Source: an uncultured Bacteroidota bacterium (GTDB lineage Bacteria; Bacteroidota; Bacteroidia; AKYH767-A; JABDAW01). Taken from it: 64,000 nucleotides of DNA. The stretch is taken from assembly GCA_903844645.1 (NCBI GenBank), contig CAIMUP010000013.1:1428-65427 (forward strand), written 5' to 3'. Below the pieces are notes generated by a model. The model was not told the origin of the DNA. It did not search any database and was given only the letters and a program-made list of their open reading frames with translations. Positions within the stretch are counted from its first letter, which is position 1. Each line of letters opens with the position of its first letter. Below, piece after piece: positions 20,566-30,768 of this stretch. The translations under genes were made by a program, and so were the position numbers.

Positions 20566-21870
20566 TTACTTACCCTTTATCAATTGACCATTGAGGCGCA
20601 TTAATTCTGTCTCTGCAACTTTGGTGTCATAGCGAGCAAGGATTACTGTGTTTTGGGCTCCCTCATAGCTTTGTTGTGCAACGCTCAAATCTAATGCGCT
20701 GCTGGCTCCAAGGCGATAACGTTCCAAGGCAACATCAAGGGTTTCTTTGGCGAGGGTAGAATTTTCTTCGATTAATTTCAGTGCTTCTAAATCGGTTTGG
20801 AAGGTTCTAAAAGCTTTCAAAAGATTTGATGAAACTTGTAATTTAATATCCTCATACATGAAATTATAGTTCTCGATATTGAGCTTCGCATTGCGGATAT
20901 TATGATTGAGAACCGAGCCGTTGAAAAGATTATAATTAATAGTAAACGATGGTCCGATAGCGACGTTTTGACTTTGAATAATAAAGCCCGCAGCATTTTC
21001 CGATCTGGTGCTCGAATATGCAAAACCAACGCCAAGAGTGGGGTAACGCTGCGCCTGCAATTGCCTTAAACCAAGCCTCGCAATCTTGATGTTTCTTTCA
21101 GATAATTGAAGAACCGTATTCTGTTGAATGGTCGAGGTTTTAAGCTCATCGAGAGAAGGTTTATACGTCAGCGAAATGCTATCCAAAACATTAAAATCAA
21201 GCTCTTCATTTCTGGCAATAACCTGGTTAAGATTTGTCTTGGCATTTGCAAGATTGGTATTCTGTTTAATAAGGGTTGATTTCTGAACATTCAAATCAAC
21301 TCGCGCCTGCAAGAAATCAAGCCGTGAACCAGAACCAAGATTGTATTTCTTTTCGGCAAGAGTTACTTTTTCTTCATAGACTTTGATAGCATCTTTTATA
21401 TTTTTTGCAAGTTCCTTTTGACGAACAACATCGTAATAAGAAAGTATGATGGAACTCACCGTGGTCTCAATAGCAATCTTGGAATTCACTTCGCCGATGT
21501 CTTCCAAAACCTTCAGTTTATCGTAAGAAACAAACATGTTGAAGCCATCAAATAATGTCCAAGAAAGAGCCGCACCGTAATTCAAAGCATCTGTCTTGAC
21601 ACCGGATTTATCAACGACATTGCCTGTGGAATAATCTTGATGTGTTTTGTTCATTGCGGTATTTCCATTCGCATAAAGATTCACTTGTGGCAACATCCCT
21701 GCATTGCCCGGAATGTTATTGTTTTTTGCCATTGCAGCGTTATTTTCCGCAACCAGAATGGAATAATTATTCTTCAACCCCAACGCTATTGCTTGGTCAA
21801 GCGTCAAGAGGTCTTGTGAATAGATTGAAACGGAAATAGAGATAAAAATTAATAGGAATAGATTTTTCAT
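20566..21870 (-). CDS. TolC-family outer-membrane efflux protein
   Basis: 434 aa, signal peptide, two long coiled-coil/beta-barrel repeats typical of the OEP/TolC family ('LTLDQAIALGLKNNYSI...'). Confidence 0.8.
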   Translation of the reverse strand: MKNLFLLIFISISVSIYSQDLLTLDQAIALGLKNNYSILVAENNAAMAKNNNIPGNAGMLPQVNLYANGNTAMNKTHQDYSTGNVVDKSGVKTDALNYGAALSWTLFDGFNMFVSYDKLKVLEDIGEVNSKIAIETTVSSIILSYYDVVRQKELAKNIKDAIKVYEEKVTLAEKKYNLGSGSRLDFLQARVDLNVQKSTLIKQNTNLANAKTNLNQVIARNEELDFNVLDSISLTYKPSLDELKTSTIQQNTVLQLSERNIKIARLGLRQLQAQRYPTLGVGFAYSSTRSENAAGFIIQSQNVAIGPSFTINYNLFNGSVLNHNIRNAKLNIENYNFMYEDIKLQVSSNLLKAFRTFQTDLEALKLIEENSTLAKETLDVALERYRLGASSALDLSVAQQSYEGAQNTVILARYDTKVAETELMRLNGQLIKGK

Positions 21871-21876
21871 TGCTAT

Positions 21877-22938
21877 TTAGTGTTTGATAAAATGCTTTTT
21901 CTTTTCAGGAATCAAGAGGGATAAAACGATACTTAAAGTAAGGATGGTACCGATAATTATTAATGAATCTTCGATGGTGAAACCATGTTCTTTGAGCCAA
22001 TCGTTGAAGATCATTTTTATACCGATGAAGACTAATAACACCGATAGTCCATGTTTGAAGAAATGAAATTTATGGATGATATTAATCAATAAAAAGAACA
22101 ATGACCTTAATCCAAGGATGGCAAAAATATTCGAGAAGAAAACGATGTAAGGGTCTTTGGTTACCGCGAAAATAGCGGGAATTGAATCTACTGCGAATAA
22201 AATATCGGTGAATTCTATTATTAATAATACAAGAAAAAGCGGGGTGATCAAATTCTTATGATTTATCTTTACGAAGAATTTATTGCCAACAAAATGTTCA
22301 TGAATGCTAAAATATTTAGAAGCAAATTTCACGACCGGATGGCTCTCTGTTTCTATTTTTTCTTCTTGGTTTCTATTAACGAACATTCTGATGCCGGTGA
22401 AGATTAAAAAGGCGGCGAAGAGATACAATATCCATTCAAATTTTGTTATTAAAAATGAACCGGTAAAGATGAATAGAAACCTAAATAATACCGCCCCTAT
22501 TATTCCCCAAAATAATACGCGATGATACAAACGTTTTTCGACATTAAATGCTGTAAAAATAAGGATGATAACAAAGAGATTATCCATAGACAGTGCCTCT
22601 TCTATGACATAGCCTGTGAGGAATTCCAAAGATAATTCATGACGATAATTGATTACGCTTTGGGTGTAATTATTCTCGATTAAAGCGATCGTTTGTCCGT
22701 ATTTATTAATGTGGAATTTGAGACTCTCCATCGAAGAAATGCCGTGAATATTTTCTCCATAAAAATGAAGAATTAAATAGAAGGCAAAAGCCAAAGAAAT
22801 CCAAACAATGGTTTTCAGTAAAGCTTGTTTAGATCTGACGATATGGTCATGTTTATTGAATACTCCTAAATCAATTATCAGCGCAATGACGATAAAGATC
22901 AGGAAGAAAGAAAAATAGTATAATTCGCCGGAATTCAT
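21877..22938 (-). CDS. TerC/Alx-family integral membrane protein
   Basis: TerC family hallmarks 'EEALSMDNLFVIILIF' and 'EFTDILFAVDSIPAIFAVTKDPYIVFFSNIFAILGLRSLFF'. Confidence 0.8.
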   Translation of the reverse strand: MNSGELYYFSFFLIFIVIALIIDLGVFNKHDHIVRSKQALLKTIVWISLAFAFYLILHFYGENIHGISSMESLKFHINKYGQTIALIENNYTQSVINYRHELSLEFLTGYVIEEALSMDNLFVIILIFTAFNVEKRLYHRVLFWGIIGAVLFRFLFIFTGSFLITKFEWILYLFAAFLIFTGIRMFVNRNQEEKIETESHPVVKFASKYFSIHEHFVGNKFFVKINHKNLITPLFLVLLIIEFTDILFAVDSIPAIFAVTKDPYIVFFSNIFAILGLRSLFFLLINIIHKFHFFKHGLSVLLVFIGIKMIFNDWLKEHGFTIEDSLIIIGTILTLSIVLSLLIPEKKKHFIKH

Positions 22939-22964
22939 GGCGGCAAAGTTATATTAATGGGAGG

Positions 22965-23366
22965 TTATATTCTTTTTGCAAAAAGGTATCCGATAAAGGC
23001 ACAGGGGATGTACAAAAGTTGGCTTGTAATATTGAACCACATTGGCTGATCGGGCAATGAAATGAGATTCATTAATCCTCCAAAAAATATCACTGCTCCT
23101 ACGATTATTGCGGAACGTGCACTCTCTTTTCCGGCTATTAAAGTTGCGACAAATCCTCCCGCAAAACTTCCGATAATATACCCAAAAAGAATAAAAAGAT
23201 ATGCACCAACGGGCATTCCTTTCATCATTTCTTTGACCGATTCGGGGTTCAAAAAATCCATTCTGGCAGGGGCGGGATAAATTTTCCCGCTGATTTTTTC
23301 CATCAAGGCAATTAATCCGATTGCTATTGCCAAACCTATTATTACAGCTAAAATTCTTTTTGCCAT
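22965..23366 (-). CDS. small hypothetical membrane protein
   Basis: 133 aa, 3-4 predicted TM helices. Confidence 0.45.
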   Translation of the reverse strand: MAKRILAVIIGLAIAIGLIALMEKISGKIYPAPARMDFLNPESVKEMMKGMPVGAYLFILFGYIIGSFAGGFVATLIAGKESARSAIIVGAVIFFGGLMNLISLPDQPMWFNITSQLLYIPCAFIGYLFAKRI

Positions 23367-23815
23367 GATTGTTTTATTTTATTCGATTAAAATTTGTTTT
23401 AGGAGGGGCAAAGGTATAAAAAGGGAGGTTTAGGTTTAAATCAGGGTTAATTTCCTTGTTAATTTTCCATTCCCCAAGGTTATCAATAGATGAAAATGGC
23501 TCCAAAACTTGCCCAAAAGCAATAGCAATAGTGCTAATTAGCAAAGTCACAAAACAAGACCGTTTTGCCATTTAGCATTAATACTCTTGTTTTCGGCAGG
23601 ATTTTTAACCTGAATTACATTAAAACAATGCTTGAAAAGGGTGTCGAAAGCAGACGTAAAACTTTCATTAATGAATCAAACAAGCACTCGACAGACAATT
23701 TTATGGTTTTAATTACAGTGAAACCACTCCTTATATTCAGGGCGCATTTTAGGATGGCGAAAATTTGCAGGCAACAGTTTTATAATTTTCAGAAATTAGG
23801 GTTTAATAGAATTCC

Positions 23816-23844
23816 TTGGAATATTTTTAGTTACGATAAATTTG
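23816..23844 (+). promoter_or_regulatory. candidate Bacteroidota sigma-A-type promoter for gyrA (TTG-N18-TAAATTTG)
   Basis: TTG at 23816-23818, an 18-bp spacer, then TAAATTTG at 23837-23844 matching the TAnnTTTG -7 consensus; gyrA ATG is 57 bp downstream. Confidence 0.4.
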
Positions 23845-23900
23845 TGTAGATTTGCAGCCTTAATAAAAGCAAACGATTTAAAAGATAAATAACAGATATA

Positions 23901-26477
23901 ATGGCAGAAAGAGATAGAATAATTCCGATAAATATTGAGGAAGAAATGAAATCGGCGTACATTGATTATTCAATGTCGGTGATCGTATCGAGGGCTTTAC
24001 CGGATGTAAGGGACGGGCTGAAACCGGTGCACAGACGGGTGTTGTATGGGATGCTCGAGTTGGGAGTGTTGTCTAATCGTCCTTATAAAAAATCCGCGAG
24101 AATCGTGGGTGAGGTGCTTGGAAAATACCATCCGCATGGCGATACTTCGGTGTATGATGCGATGGTGAGGATGGCGCAGCATTGGTCGTTGCGGTATCCC
24201 TTGGTTGATGGGCAGGGAAACTTTGGGTCGGTGGATGGCGATAGTCCGGCGGCGATGCGATATACCGAGGCGAGGCTGAAAAAGATTGCGGAGGAATTGT
24301 TGTTGGATATTGATAAGGATACGGTTGATTTCCGGTTGAACTTCGATGATTCTTTGAAAGAGCCGACGGTTTTGCCTGCGAAGATTCCGAATTTGTTGAT
24401 TAATGGAGCCTCGGGAATTGCTGTGGGAATGGCGACGAATATGCCGCCGCATAATATTACGGAGGTGATTAATGCGTGTATTATTTATATTGATAAACGC
24501 GATGTGACGGCAGAGGAACTGGCGATGTTTGTGAAGGCTCCAGACTTCCCGACGGGCGGAATTATTCATGGCGTGGAAGGTGTGAAGGAGGCGTTTACTA
24601 CTGGTCGTGGGCGGATTGTGATGCGTGGAAAGGTGAATGTTGAAGTGATGGATAATGGTCGCGATAGAATTGTGGCGACGGAGATTCCTTATCAATTGAA
24701 TAAGGCTTCGATGATTAAACAAACTGCCGATCTGGTGAACGATAAAAAGATTGATGGGATCTCTGATCTTCGCGATGAATCGGATAGGGACGGGATGCGA
24801 GTGGTTTATGAATTGCGCAAGGACGCGGTGACGAACGTGGTGCTGAATAGTCTGTATAAATATACGGGCTTGCAGACTTCGTACAGTGTGAATAATATTG
24901 CGCTGGTGCATGGTCGCCCGATGATGCTGAACTTGCGGGATATGATTAAGCATTACATTGATCATCGTCATGAAGTGGTGATTCGGAGGACTAAATTTGA
25001 ATTGGCGGAGGCAGAAAAGCGGGCACATATTCTTGAAGGTTTGTTGATTGCTTTAGATCATTTGGATGAGGTAATTAAATTGATTCGTGCATCGCAAACT
25101 GTTGAAGAAGCGAGGACGGGATTGATGACGAACTTTGAATTATCAGAGATTCAGGCACGTGCTATTCTTGATTTGAGATTACAGAAACTGACCGGGCTGG
25201 AGCGTGAAAAGATTAAGGCTGAATATGATGAGTTGATGACCTTTATTGCTTATTGCAAGAGTGTTTTGGCAGATGAAGGATTGCGTTATGATATCATCAA
25301 AAAGGAGTTGAATGAAATGAAGGATAAGTATGGCGATGCCCGCCGTACTGCTATTGAATTTTCGAGTGGCGATATGTCTATGGAAGATTTGATTCCTGAT
25401 GAGGCGGTTGTTGTTACGATTTCTCACATGGGATATATCAAACGGACTTCTCTTTCTGAATATAAAGTTCAGGGACGTGGCGGAAAAGGTGCTAAAGGAA
25501 CCACTACTCGTGATGAGGATTTCGTAGAATATATTATCCCGGCTACTGCGCATAATTATATGCTCTTCTTCACCGAGCAAGGAAAGTGTTTCTCGATGCG
25601 TGTATTTGAAATACCAGAAGGTAGTAGAACGATGAAAGGACGTGCCATTCAGAATATGATTAATATTCCTCCTGATGATAAGATTAAAGCATTTATCACC
25701 GTAAAGAACATGAAGGATGAGGAGTATATCAAGAACAATTATATCATCATGTGTACCAAGAAAGGTGTTATCAAAAAGACAAGGTTGGATCAATATGCCA
25801 AGCCACGTAAGACTGGGCTATTAGCTATAAAGATTAAGGAAGGAGATCAATTGTTAGAGGCTCATTTAACAGATGGTAATTGCGAGATTATGATGGCTGT
25901 GAAGTCGGGTCGTGCAAATCATTTCCATGAGTCTAAGATTAAACCCCAGGGAAGGAATACCGGTGGCGTAATAGGCATCAGAACGAAGAGAGATAAAGAT
26001 GAAGTTATCGGAATGATAGTCCTTAATAAGAGCGAAGGTGAAACCGTGTTGGTAGTATCAGAGAAAGGCTGCGGTAAGCGTTCTAATCCTGAATTTTATC
26101 CATTGAAAAACCGCGGGGGACAGGGTGTTATCACTTTAAAGATTACCGACAAGACTGGCAAGCTCATCGCTATCAAGAAAGTATCTGATAACGACGACTT
26201 GATGATCATCAATAAGTCCGGTTTGGTCATTCGTTTGGATGTGAAGGATGTGAAGTTGCTATCAAGAAATTCATCTGGCGTTATTCTTATTCGTTTTAAG
26301 GACAAGGATAAAGATAAGATTGCTTCCGTTACCAGTGTGCCGCATTTGGATGATGAAGAAGAGGTAGTTGATGGCATCGAAAACAGCATTACCGATGATG
26401 CCGCGAACGATTCCAATGCCCATGACATTCAGGAGAATAGTGCTACGGACGATGTGTTACCTCCCGACTTTGAATAA
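23901..26477 (+). CDS. gyrA: DNA gyrase subunit A
   Basis: 858 aa; '[10 protein letters not shown]' active-site Tyr region, 'QRVLYGM', GyrA-box beta-pinwheel C-terminal domain, acidic tail. Confidence 0.95.
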   Translation: MAERDRIIPINIEEEMKSAYIDYSMSVIVSRALPDVRDGLKPVHRRVLYGMLELGVLSNRPYKKSARIVGEVLGKYHPHGDTSVYDAMVRMAQHWSLRYPLVDGQGNFGSVDGDSPAAMRYTEARLKKIAEELLLDIDKDTVDFRLNFDDSLKEPTVLPAKIPNLLINGASGIAVGMATNMPPHNITEVINACIIYIDKRDVTAEELAMFVKAPDFPTGGIIHGVEGVKEAFTTGRGRIVMRGKVNVEVMDNGRDRIVATEIPYQLNKASMIKQTADLVNDKKIDGISDLRDESDRDGMRVVYELRKDAVTNVVLNSLYKYTGLQTSYSVNNIALVHGRPMMLNLRDMIKHYIDHRHEVVIRRTKFELAEAEKRAHILEGLLIALDHLDEVIKLIRASQTVEEARTGLMTNFELSEIQARAILDLRLQKLTGLEREKIKAEYDELMTFIAYCKSVLADEGLRYDIIKKELNEMKDKYGDARRTAIEFSSGDMSMEDLIPDEAVVVTISHMGYIKRTSLSEYKVQGRGGKGAKGTTTRDEDFVEYIIPATAHNYMLFFTEQGKCFSMRVFEIPEGSRTMKGRAIQNMINIPPDDKIKAFITVKNMKDEEYIKNNYIIMCTKKGVIKKTRLDQYAKPRKTGLLAIKIKEGDQLLEAHLTDGNCEIMMAVKSGRANHFHESKIKPQGRNTGGVIGIRTKRDKDEVIGMIVLNKSEGETVLVVSEKGCGKRSNPEFYPLKNRGGQGVITLKITDKTGKLIAIKKVSDNDDLMIINKSGLVIRLDVKDVKLLSRNSSGVILIRFKDKDKDKIASVTSVPHLDDEEEVVDGIENSITDDAANDSNAHDIQENSATDDVLPPDFE

Positions 26478-26507
26478 GTTTATTCGCTAACTAATAATAG
26501 TATAAGT

Positions 26508-27665
26508 ATGAAAAGAATTGTGTTTATTATTCTCATGGCATGCGGTTATTTTGCCGCCTATGCACAACCTTCCAATGTTCAGAGTGCTTGGAGGTATCTT
26601 GGTTACAAAGAATTCGACAAAGCAAAGGAGATGATTGATCCTGCCATTACTAATGACAAGACAAAGAACTCTTCCAAGACCTGGTATTACCGTGGTTTGA
26701 TTTATGAGGGTTTCTATGACACCATTAAGTATGATGTTGCCTCCTTGACTACTGCTGTGGAGAGTTATAAGAGGTCCTTGGAGCTTGATAAGAGTGATTA
26801 TGCCGATGAAATAAAGACCCGCTTTCTTATTATCAACATCGAATTCTTTCAGGCAGGTATGAAAATGTACGGAACTAAACGCTTCGATGTTGCGCTGAAG
26901 GCTTTTCAGGGCGTTATCTTGATCAATCCTACCGATTCAGGTGCGATGAAGAACGCGGCAATATGTGCCTGGAAGGGAAACAACAACGCACTCGCCAAAG
27001 AGTATTATGCGAAGCTTATTCAGATGAACTTCAACGATATTTCCATCTATTCTTCCCTCGGTTCCTTGTATTTGGAGGACAAAGACAGCACCAAATATTA
27101 CGAAACCATCAAGGCGGGGAGGACAAGATACCCTGCCAACACCGATTTCATGAACCTCGAGGTCGCGTATCTTATCGCGGCGAACAAATCTAATGATGCC
27201 ATCGAGGGTTTGAAAGCAATATTGAACAAAAACCCTAACGATACGACCATGTTATTCGCCTTGGCGAGCATTTACGACAAGCTCTCGGTGGATTACAGCA
27301 AGAAGGGCGACATGAACGAGTTCCAAAAGAACTTTTCATTAGCCGAAGAGACTTATAAAAAGGCTATCGAGGTGAAGCCGGATTACTTCAAAGCGAACTT
27401 CAACCTCGGCGCACTCTATATCAATATCGCGGTGGATATGATTAACAAAGCGAACGACATTCCTACTGATAAAAACAAGGAATATGAAGCCGCGAAAGCT
27501 AAATACGAAGTCATTTTGCGCCAGGCAAAGCCTTATTTCGAGAAGGCATTAGACTTGCAGCCTAAAGATGAAGGTACATTGACCGCACTACGTCAACTTT
27601 ATGCTCATTTGAACATGACGGACAAGGCGCAGGAGATGAAAAAGCGCCTCGAAGGTAACAAATAA
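26508..27665 (+). CDS. TPR-repeat protein (secreted/periplasmic)
   Basis: Signal peptide; repeated 34-residue 'A...Y..A...Y......' units throughout 385 aa. Confidence 0.7.
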   Translation: MKRIVFIILMACGYFAAYAQPSNVQSAWRYLGYKEFDKAKEMIDPAITNDKTKNSSKTWYYRGLIYEGFYDTIKYDVASLTTAVESYKRSLELDKSDYADEIKTRFLIINIEFFQAGMKMYGTKRFDVALKAFQGVILINPTDSGAMKNAAICAWKGNNNALAKEYYAKLIQMNFNDISIYSSLGSLYLEDKDSTKYYETIKAGRTRYPANTDFMNLEVAYLIAANKSNDAIEGLKAILNKNPNDTTMLFALASIYDKLSVDYSKKGDMNEFQKNFSLAEETYKKAIEVKPDYFKANFNLGALYINIAVDMINKANDIPTDKNKEYEAAKAKYEVILRQAKPYFEKALDLQPKDEGTLTALRQLYAHLNMTDKAQEMKKRLEGNK

Positions 27666-27710
27666 AGCTTAAACATTCGTGCATTCAGAACAAACAACCT
27701 GGATGTTTGT

Positions 27711-27935
27711 TTAATGAGCAGTATTGTCATTAGCAGGTGCTGACCCGCCGGCAGATTGAATACCCCAGCCGTTTTGTTCGGTACCAATCATGATATAATT
27801 ATCCCCGCTGGCATTGTCGGTAAAGGTAACGGTTTCCGTGCCATCAGGGGCGATGGTAGCAGATTGGATAATGATGTTTTTTCCACTCGTGTGCACTCCT
27901 ATTGATAGGAGAATTGCAAGGATAATTTCTAACAT
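27711..27935 (-). CDS. small secreted hypothetical protein (start assigned to an internal Met)
   Basis: The ORF track shows 27711..28058. An internal 'MLEIILAILLSIGVHTSG' resembles a signal peptide, so the shorter version is more plausible. Confidence 0.3.
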   Translation of the reverse strand: MLEIILAILLSIGVHTSGKNIIIQSATIAPDGTETVTFTDNASGDNYIMIGTEQNGWGIQSAGGSAPANDNTAH

Positions 27936-28052
27936 AGCTTGTAGTTTATAGTAATTTTTTACAAAAATAGGGATTGTTTTTACACTATCCAAATTTATTT
28001 CAAAAAATGTTTCACTAATCCGCTTCGTCGTATTGTTGCGCCGCGAAAGCGG

Positions 28053-28646
28053 ATGCATTCATACGACGATGATGGTATTAAATACGACCATCCATACCAT
28101 TCTCTGAAAGAGTATCTTTGCATCCTTAATAATAATAAAGGTATGAAGATAAATTTTATATTGGATGGGTTCGATTTTGATGATACCCACCAGGCTCATC
28201 AGGTGTTTGAGAATATTGGGCAAGAGATGGGGAGGGTAATTACCGATAAATTGCGCCATTTGGTGGGCTTTCAGGATGAGCATGGTCAGTTTGGCGGCAC
28301 GATAGAGATTCATGCGAGCATTCATGGTCCTGATTTGAACAAAGCAGATACCGCCCAATATAATAAGGAGTACGATTACTATTTTGATGTTCAGGATGCA
28401 GACCATATTGTGGTCGTTCCGAAGAAAAAAGGTGGTACCAATCCTGATAATATTACCAAAACGGAGAAGACTTATCTGCAAGAAATGATTGATGGTACTT
28501 CCAATAAAATTATTGCTGATGATCATGACAAAAATATAGAAACGGTGAAGTCAAACAAGAAAAGTATTCGATTTAAGACTAAATGCAAGACTCCGGGGGA
28601 CTTGAAAAAATACGTTGATAAACATAAACTCTTATTAAAAGAATAA
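28053..28646 (+). CDS. hypothetical protein
   Basis: 197-aa ORF; possible alternative start at MKINFIL (28143). No motifs recognised. Confidence 0.35.
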   Translation: MHSYDDDGIKYDHPYHSLKEYLCILNNNKGMKINFILDGFDFDDTHQAHQVFENIGQEMGRVITDKLRHLVGFQDEHGQFGGTIEIHASIHGPDLNKADTAQYNKEYDYYFDVQDADHIVVVPKKKGGTNPDNITKTEKTYLQEMIDGTSNKIIADDHDKNIETVKSNKKSIRFKTKCKTPGDLKKYVDKHKLLLKE

Positions 28647-28854
28647 TTCACCCTTTTGAGGGATTGTTTTAGGAACTAATACCTTGTAATTTTGCATCCT
28701 TAATTACAAACAATGGATCATTACAATCACATAGCGAATACAACGGATAGCAATCACGACAGAGGCAATGCTTCTGGAAGGTTTTTCAATGGTGGCGGTA
28801 GTGATATGGATACAAATTGTAGTTTAAACATATGCCAAAAAAACTCAAACATAT

Positions 28855-29094
28855 CTTTTAGTAACAATAAGATACCTTTTAGTAACAATAAGATACCTTT
28901 TAGTAACAATAAGATACCTTTTAGTAACAATAAGATACCTTTTAGTAACATAAAGATATGTTTTAGTAACAAAAAGATACCTTTTAGTAACAAAAAGATA
29001 CCTTTTAGTAACAAAAAGATACCTTTTAGTAACAAAAAGATATGTTTTAGTAACAAAAAGATACCTTTTAGTAACAATAAGATATGTTTTAGTT
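28855..29094. repeat. 21-bp tandem repeat, about 11.5 copies (unit CTTTTAGTAACAATAAGATAC, variants AAAAAGATAC / GATATGT)
   Basis: Units start at 28855+21k, checked at 28876; read directly. The array is stop-free in several frames, which produces spurious heptad ORFs on both strands. Confidence 0.92.
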
Positions 29095-29205
29095 TTTCTC
29101 ACCATAGTAAAAGCAATAGTTGCTATGGTGATGGGTCTTTTCAGAATGCCCACCCCTCTCCCTTGTATTCAAAACCAAGTAGTAACATAATAAAATAACA
29201 ATAAA

Positions 29206-29973
29206 ATGAGTCTATTAAAATTAGTATTAGTAAAAATTTCTATCTTCATGATCATCACGAAGGCTTCCATCATGAGGCAGTACCTTTTAGATTGTGTCAG
29301 TGCGGGTTCTGCCTCCACTTTGTATGCCAATCCGGCTATTACCACTGCCTTTTATACCTCGATGACGAATGCTGCGGCTGCCATTCAGACAGCGGTAACA
29401 GTTTGTGCGGCGAACAACACGAAGGCAAACAGGGATGCCATTAAAGATGCTATCGCAGCAGGAAAAGTGGTCGCGGCAAGCTATGCTTCGCAAGTTCAGG
29501 TGATTGCCAATCTCCCTATTAATGCCGCTACCCGCGAGGCAGCAAAGACAAATATTGAACAATCGCATCTGACGGCACAAAAATTAAATCAAACAACCAT
29601 AGGAATACCCGAAACCCCTGTATTAACGGGCGAAAATAACGGCATCGGCAAGATAAAAGTAAAGGTTACCAATCCTGGCGTATCGTATGACCCTAAAACT
29701 ATTATTTTTGTTGCTGTTTCCCTGCCCATAGTGCCTGTAACGGTGCCGCCAACACCTCCTCCGGCTGACCCCGTAGTTACGCTCATAGCAGGACAAGTGA
29801 TGGTAAAGACTTCCGTGGCATGCGAAGTGATAACCATCACCCAGGATGGCAAAGGAAGAGAGGTAGATTTGGTTGGATTGACTGCCGGCACTCGCTTTTC
29901 CATCTCTGCCTACACAAAAAATGGCAATAAATTGGTGAGCGTATTGTCGAACGCTATTATCGTACAGGCATAA
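29206..29973 (+). CDS. hypothetical Ala-rich protein
   Basis: 255-aa ORF immediately after the repeat; proline stretch 'VPPTPPPADP'; no known motif. Confidence 0.4.
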   Translation: MSLLKLVLVKISIFMIITKASIMRQYLLDCVSAGSASTLYANPAITTAFYTSMTNAAAAIQTAVTVCAANNTKANRDAIKDAIAAGKVVAASYASQVQVIANLPINAATREAAKTNIEQSHLTAQKLNQTTIGIPETPVLTGENNGIGKIKVKVTNPGVSYDPKTIIFVAVSLPIVPVTVPPTPPPADPVVTLIAGQVMVKTSVACEVITITQDGKGREVDLVGLTAGTRFSISAYTKNGNKLVSVLSNAIIVQA

Positions 29974-30044
29974 AAGGCGGAAAAGGATACTTTCAGGAAA
30001 TTTTGTATCTTTGCCACGAATAAATTGATACTAAAGCTGCCGCA

Positions 30045-30272
30045 ATGAGAAAAATAACCTTAGAGTTACCTGATTCTGTTGAATTAAATGACCAAGAAGT
30101 GGCATTATTAGTAGCCGCAAGTTTCTATGAACATGGAAAACTTTCATTAGGACAAGCCGCCGAACTGGTAGGTCTATCCAAACGGGCTTTTATGGAAGTA
30201 TTGGGCAAGTATGGAGTATCTATATTTAATTATCCTGCCTCCGACCTGTCGAGAGATGTAAAGAATGCATAA
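30045..30272 (+). CDS. UPF0175-family antitoxin (type II TA)
   Basis: 75 aa, 'ELPDSVELNDQEVALLVAASFYEHGKLSLGQAAELVGLSKRAFMEVL' matches UPF0175. It overlaps the downstream PIN-like gene by 8 bp (30265-30272). Confidence 0.75.
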   Translation: MRKITLELPDSVELNDQEVALLVAASFYEHGKLSLGQAAELVGLSKRAFMEVLGKYGVSIFNYPASDLSRDVKNA

Positions 30273-30720
30273 AACAATAGTCTCGGACACGAGTTGTTTT
30301 ATCATCTTTACTAATATTGGGGAATTAGATTTGCTATTTCAGACTTATGGGCAGATAATTACTACCAAAGAAGTCGCTTTAGAATACGGCGAAGAGCTTC
30401 CTGATTGGGTAATTATCAAAGAAGCTAATGATAAAGACTTTCAACATAACCTGGAGAAGAAAATTGATAAAGGAGAAGCCAGTGCCATTGCCTTAGCAAT
30501 AGAAATTATGGATTGTACCATCATTCTTGATGATTATAAAGCCCGGCAAGTGGCAGAACAATTGGGTCTTGATATCACAGGAACGATAGGTGTTATCATT
30601 AAAGCAAAATTAAATGGAATAATACCTTCTATTATACCCTATCTGGATAAAATTAGTAAGACAGATTTCAGAATAACGGATGAACTTAAAGAACAAGCCC
30701 TCACAGAAGCTGGAGAATGA
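30265..30720 (+). CDS. DUF3368-family PIN-like toxin (partner of UPF0175)
   Basis: 151 aa, acidic PIN-like residues (SDTSCFI ... EASAIALAIE ... ILDDYKAR); the canonical UPF0175/DUF3368 pair arrangement. Confidence 0.7.
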   Translation: MHKTIVSDTSCFIIFTNIGELDLLFQTYGQIITTKEVALEYGEELPDWVIIKEANDKDFQHNLEKKIDKGEASAIALAIEIMDCTIILDDYKARQVAEQLGLDITGTIGVIIKAKLNGIIPSIIPYLDKISKTDFRITDELKEQALTEAGE

Positions 30721-30768
30721 TAGTACAAAAGAATAAGTATCTTTGCGCCCTCATAAAATGAACTAACT

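Noticed and set aside
23997-25028. 343-aa antisense ORF inside gyrA, and similar antisense ORFs at 25179-25793, 32194-33592 and 36481-37327
   Set aside because: They are embedded in the opposite strand of well-supported conserved genes and have His/Arg/Ile-rich compositions typical of spurious antisense frames.
27663-27725. Hairpin AACAAACAAcctggaTGTTTGTT after the TPR gene as a terminator
   Set aside because: The stem is AT-rich and there is no T-tract, so it is too weak to call.
28713-29198. ORFs called inside the 21-bp arrays on both strands (for example 28713-29198 +, 28754-29077 -, 28845-29153 -, 37911-38318 -, 37949-38176 -, 43810-44215 -, 49902-50267 -, 51539-51787 -, 54436-54792 -)
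   Set aside because: These are mutually overlapping and present in several frames simultaneously. They are a trivial consequence of stop-free 21-mers, not evidence of coding. Only the 51545-51721 frame shows coding-like constraint.
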